Below, piece by piece: positions 61,742 to 64,000 of a DNA stretch of 64,000 bases (positions are counted from its first letter, which is position 1; every line of letters starts with the position of its first letter). The DNA is from Felis catus (taxonomy: Eukaryota): assembly GCF_018350175.1 (NCBI RefSeq), contig NC_058368.1, positions 101,992,001 through 102,056,000 on the forward strand, given 5' to 3'. Under the pieces are notes generated by a model. The model worked only from the letters and a program-made list of their open reading frames with translations. It did no database searches and was not told the DNA's origin. The translations under genes and the position numbers were made by a program.

Positions 61742-62819
61742 TTTAAATGGGTTTGCAAAGCACGGTTCAAGAGTATCATCCTCTCCACCCTGAGAGTTCA
61801 GAATATGTTACTTTATATTTATACACAGAGACCGTAATCTTTTTTATAATCACTGTCTTTTTTTTTTTTTACTATTCTCCCATTTTGACTCATAGCTACA
61901 AAGTGTTTGATGGAATAACTTGAGTTTGGATGAACAGTCTTAAGTGATGTTTAATCTCCAAATGATCAGAGATCTATTCAAAGGCCTACTGTTCTGCCCT
62001 ATTTTATAGTGGGAATGCAGAACCTCACATGTGTCCCTAAGCAGATGCACTAAGTAAACAAAATACAAATACATATAAATATTTTGGAAACTTGATAAAT
62101 CTCTATTTATACAAGGAAACATTTGAATAATACCATTAATGTAATCAACTTTACAATGGTCAAATCTTTTGATCTCTTCCCTCCAAGTGAGTTAAATACC
62201 TAGACCTACATTCAAATATATCCATATTTAGACAGGGTGGTTAGTTTCCATGCTACAGCCGTCTATATATTGTATGTCTATACACGTATATAAAGCACAC
62301 CAGCCCTGCATATAATCTACCTCTGGGGAAGTCCTATTGATTATTTTTCTCAAATGTAAAGATCAGCTAGACAATTGAGAGGTTAAGAGTGAGCAGCTGG
62401 TAATTTAGGAATGATTAACAGTATCTTCAGCTATAATTTCAAACTCTGAAAACTGCTAGGATCTAGGGAGCAGTTTTATTGGCCATTAAAATGTTCCTAA
62501 GCTGCGGAATAACACAGAGTCTCTGAGCTGTTAGTGGTCAGCTTTATTTTAAGCAAATTTAAATATATTAATTTTTCCAACAAAGATTTAATTATGTATG
62601 CTAATGCCAGTACAGTAATTCTGCAGCCTTGAATTATCGTAAGGTCATCAAAGCCTCAGGGGAAGGGTGGAATTCTGAAGGTGGCTACTTCCCACAACCT
62701 GGAGGTACAACTTACTTTTCATAACAGACAAGGCCTGTCTCTTGCTAGACAAGCCACAGGGTGAATTCAAAAATTTCAGTTCAGTTCAGCAAGTATTCAC
62801 TAGGTACCTTCTACAAAAG

Positions 62820-63040
62820 GAGTTAGAGTAACACACTGGTTCACCCAACGGGCCTCAGGAGCTAAATCCCTGGTCAACTCCTCGCTTTACCACTTTATAC
62901 CTGGGTGACTGCCATTTGCTAAAGTTACTTCATAGCTCTGTGCCTTGGTTTCCGGACCTGTCAAATGAGGACAATACCCATCTCAAAGAACAAAATTAGT
63001 TTAAACAAACAAAAAAATGTGTGTTAAGTTCTTTAAAAGT
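62820..63040 (+). mobile_element. MIR
   Basis: AAGTTACTTCATAGCTCTGTGCCTTGGTTTCC..CTGTCAAATGAGGACAATACC. Confidence 0.65.
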
Positions 63041-63047
63041 CTTGATG

Positions 63048-63255
63048 CACCTGGGTGTGCCTCAGTCGGTTAAGCATCCGACTTTGGCTTAGGTCATGAT
63101 CTCGCAGTTGGTGAGTTTGAGCCCCACATCAGGCTCTGTGCTGACACCTCGGAGCCTGGAGCCTGCTTCGGATTCTGTGAATCCCTCTCTCTCTGCCCCT
63201 CCCCTGCTTGCACTCTGTCTCTGTCTCCCAAAAATAAATAAAACATTAAATACAT
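63048..63255 (+). mobile_element. Can-SINE
   Basis: Head, body and tail; imperfect TSD AAAGT..T.ATGC. Confidence 0.93.
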
Positions 63256-63286
63256 AAAGTTTTCATGCCAGAAGTGTTCAATTAAT

Positions 63287-63926
63287 TGTATGGGAGGTCT
63301 CCAGAAAAACAGAACTAAAATGATATATACATTATATATAAAATATAATATATATACCCCTATTATAAATTATACAAAAGATATAGTACATATATATCTA
63401 CATACATATCTACATTTACATGTATATACACATATATATATGTAACCTACACATTTATACATGTTAACATATATACATATTTTATAAATAATATGTAGTT
63501 TCCTATATGATAATTTATGATGAAGAATCAGCTCACAGTATAATGGAGGCTAAGTCTCATTATCTGCCCTCTGCAAGATGGAGACCCAGTAAGCCAGTCG
63601 TGTAATTCAGTACAAGTTCAAAGGCAGGAGAACCAGGGAAGCCAATGGTATAAATCCCAGGCTGAACGTACGAGAAGGTAAGATGTCAAGGAGGCAGGCA
63701 GGAAAAAAAGGGGCAAATTCCTCCTCCTTCTGCTTTTTGTTTTATGGAGGCTCTCAAGAGACTGAACGATGCCCACACACACTGGGGGGGGATAATCTAC
63801 TTTACAAACTCCATGGATTCAAATGCTAATCTCATCCAGAAACATCTTCACAGACACACCCAGAAATCGCGTTTAATCTGGGCATCCTGTGGCTAGCCAA
63901 CTTGATGTATAAAATTAACCATCACG
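63287..63926. mobile_element. ERVL solo LTR (MLT2B-like) with expanded internal (TA)n tract
   Basis: TGTA..CTCCAGAAAAACAGAAC..GCAAGATGGAGACCCAG..GATTCAAATGCTAATCTCATCCAGAAACA..CACAGACACACCCAGAAAT..TAAAATTAACCATCAC. Confidence 0.88.
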
Positions 63927-64000
63927 TGAACGTCAGATGTTGTGTGCAAGGAACTGTGTTTGGTGCTAGGATACAGTGTGAATACAACACAACTCTCTCC

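Noticed and set aside
5213..63255. tRNA genes or a CRISPR-like repeat array suggested by repeated A/B-box heads
   Set aside because: The heads belong to tRNA-derived SINEs with CT bodies, A-tails and TSDs; spacing is irregular and there are no cas genes

Overview
Mammalian, almost certainly felid (cat-lineage), non-coding DNA from an intergenic region or large intron. The basis is about 39 copies of the tRNA-derived carnivore Can-SINE, several of the felid SINEC_Fc type, plus felid/carnivore L1 3' ends. The remainder is ancient eutherian repeats (L1M, L2, MIR, MER5/MER58/MER96-like DNA transposons, MLT1 and MLT2 solo LTRs), one CR1/L3 reverse-transcriptase fossil, microsatellites, AT-rich expansions and a few repeat-poor unique blocks that look like conserved regulatory sequence. 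I cannot support any protein-coding exon, RNA gene, CRISPR array or prokaryotic system; the listed ORFs are SINE/LINE-derived or random. The most interesting signals are: (1) a 77-nt, 23-bp-stem hairpin (42090-42166) in a repeat-free, motif-rich block next to CpG-retaining sequence; (2) a SINE 1.5-mer inside one target-site duplication (TSD), consistent with a template jump; (3) two sites hit twice by SINEs, leaving triple TSDs; (4) a 43-bp near-perfect copy 1.25 kb from its twin; (5) AT-rich expansions with fold-back signatures. Repeat subfamily names are from recalled consensus sequences and need RepeatMasker/Dfam confirmation.
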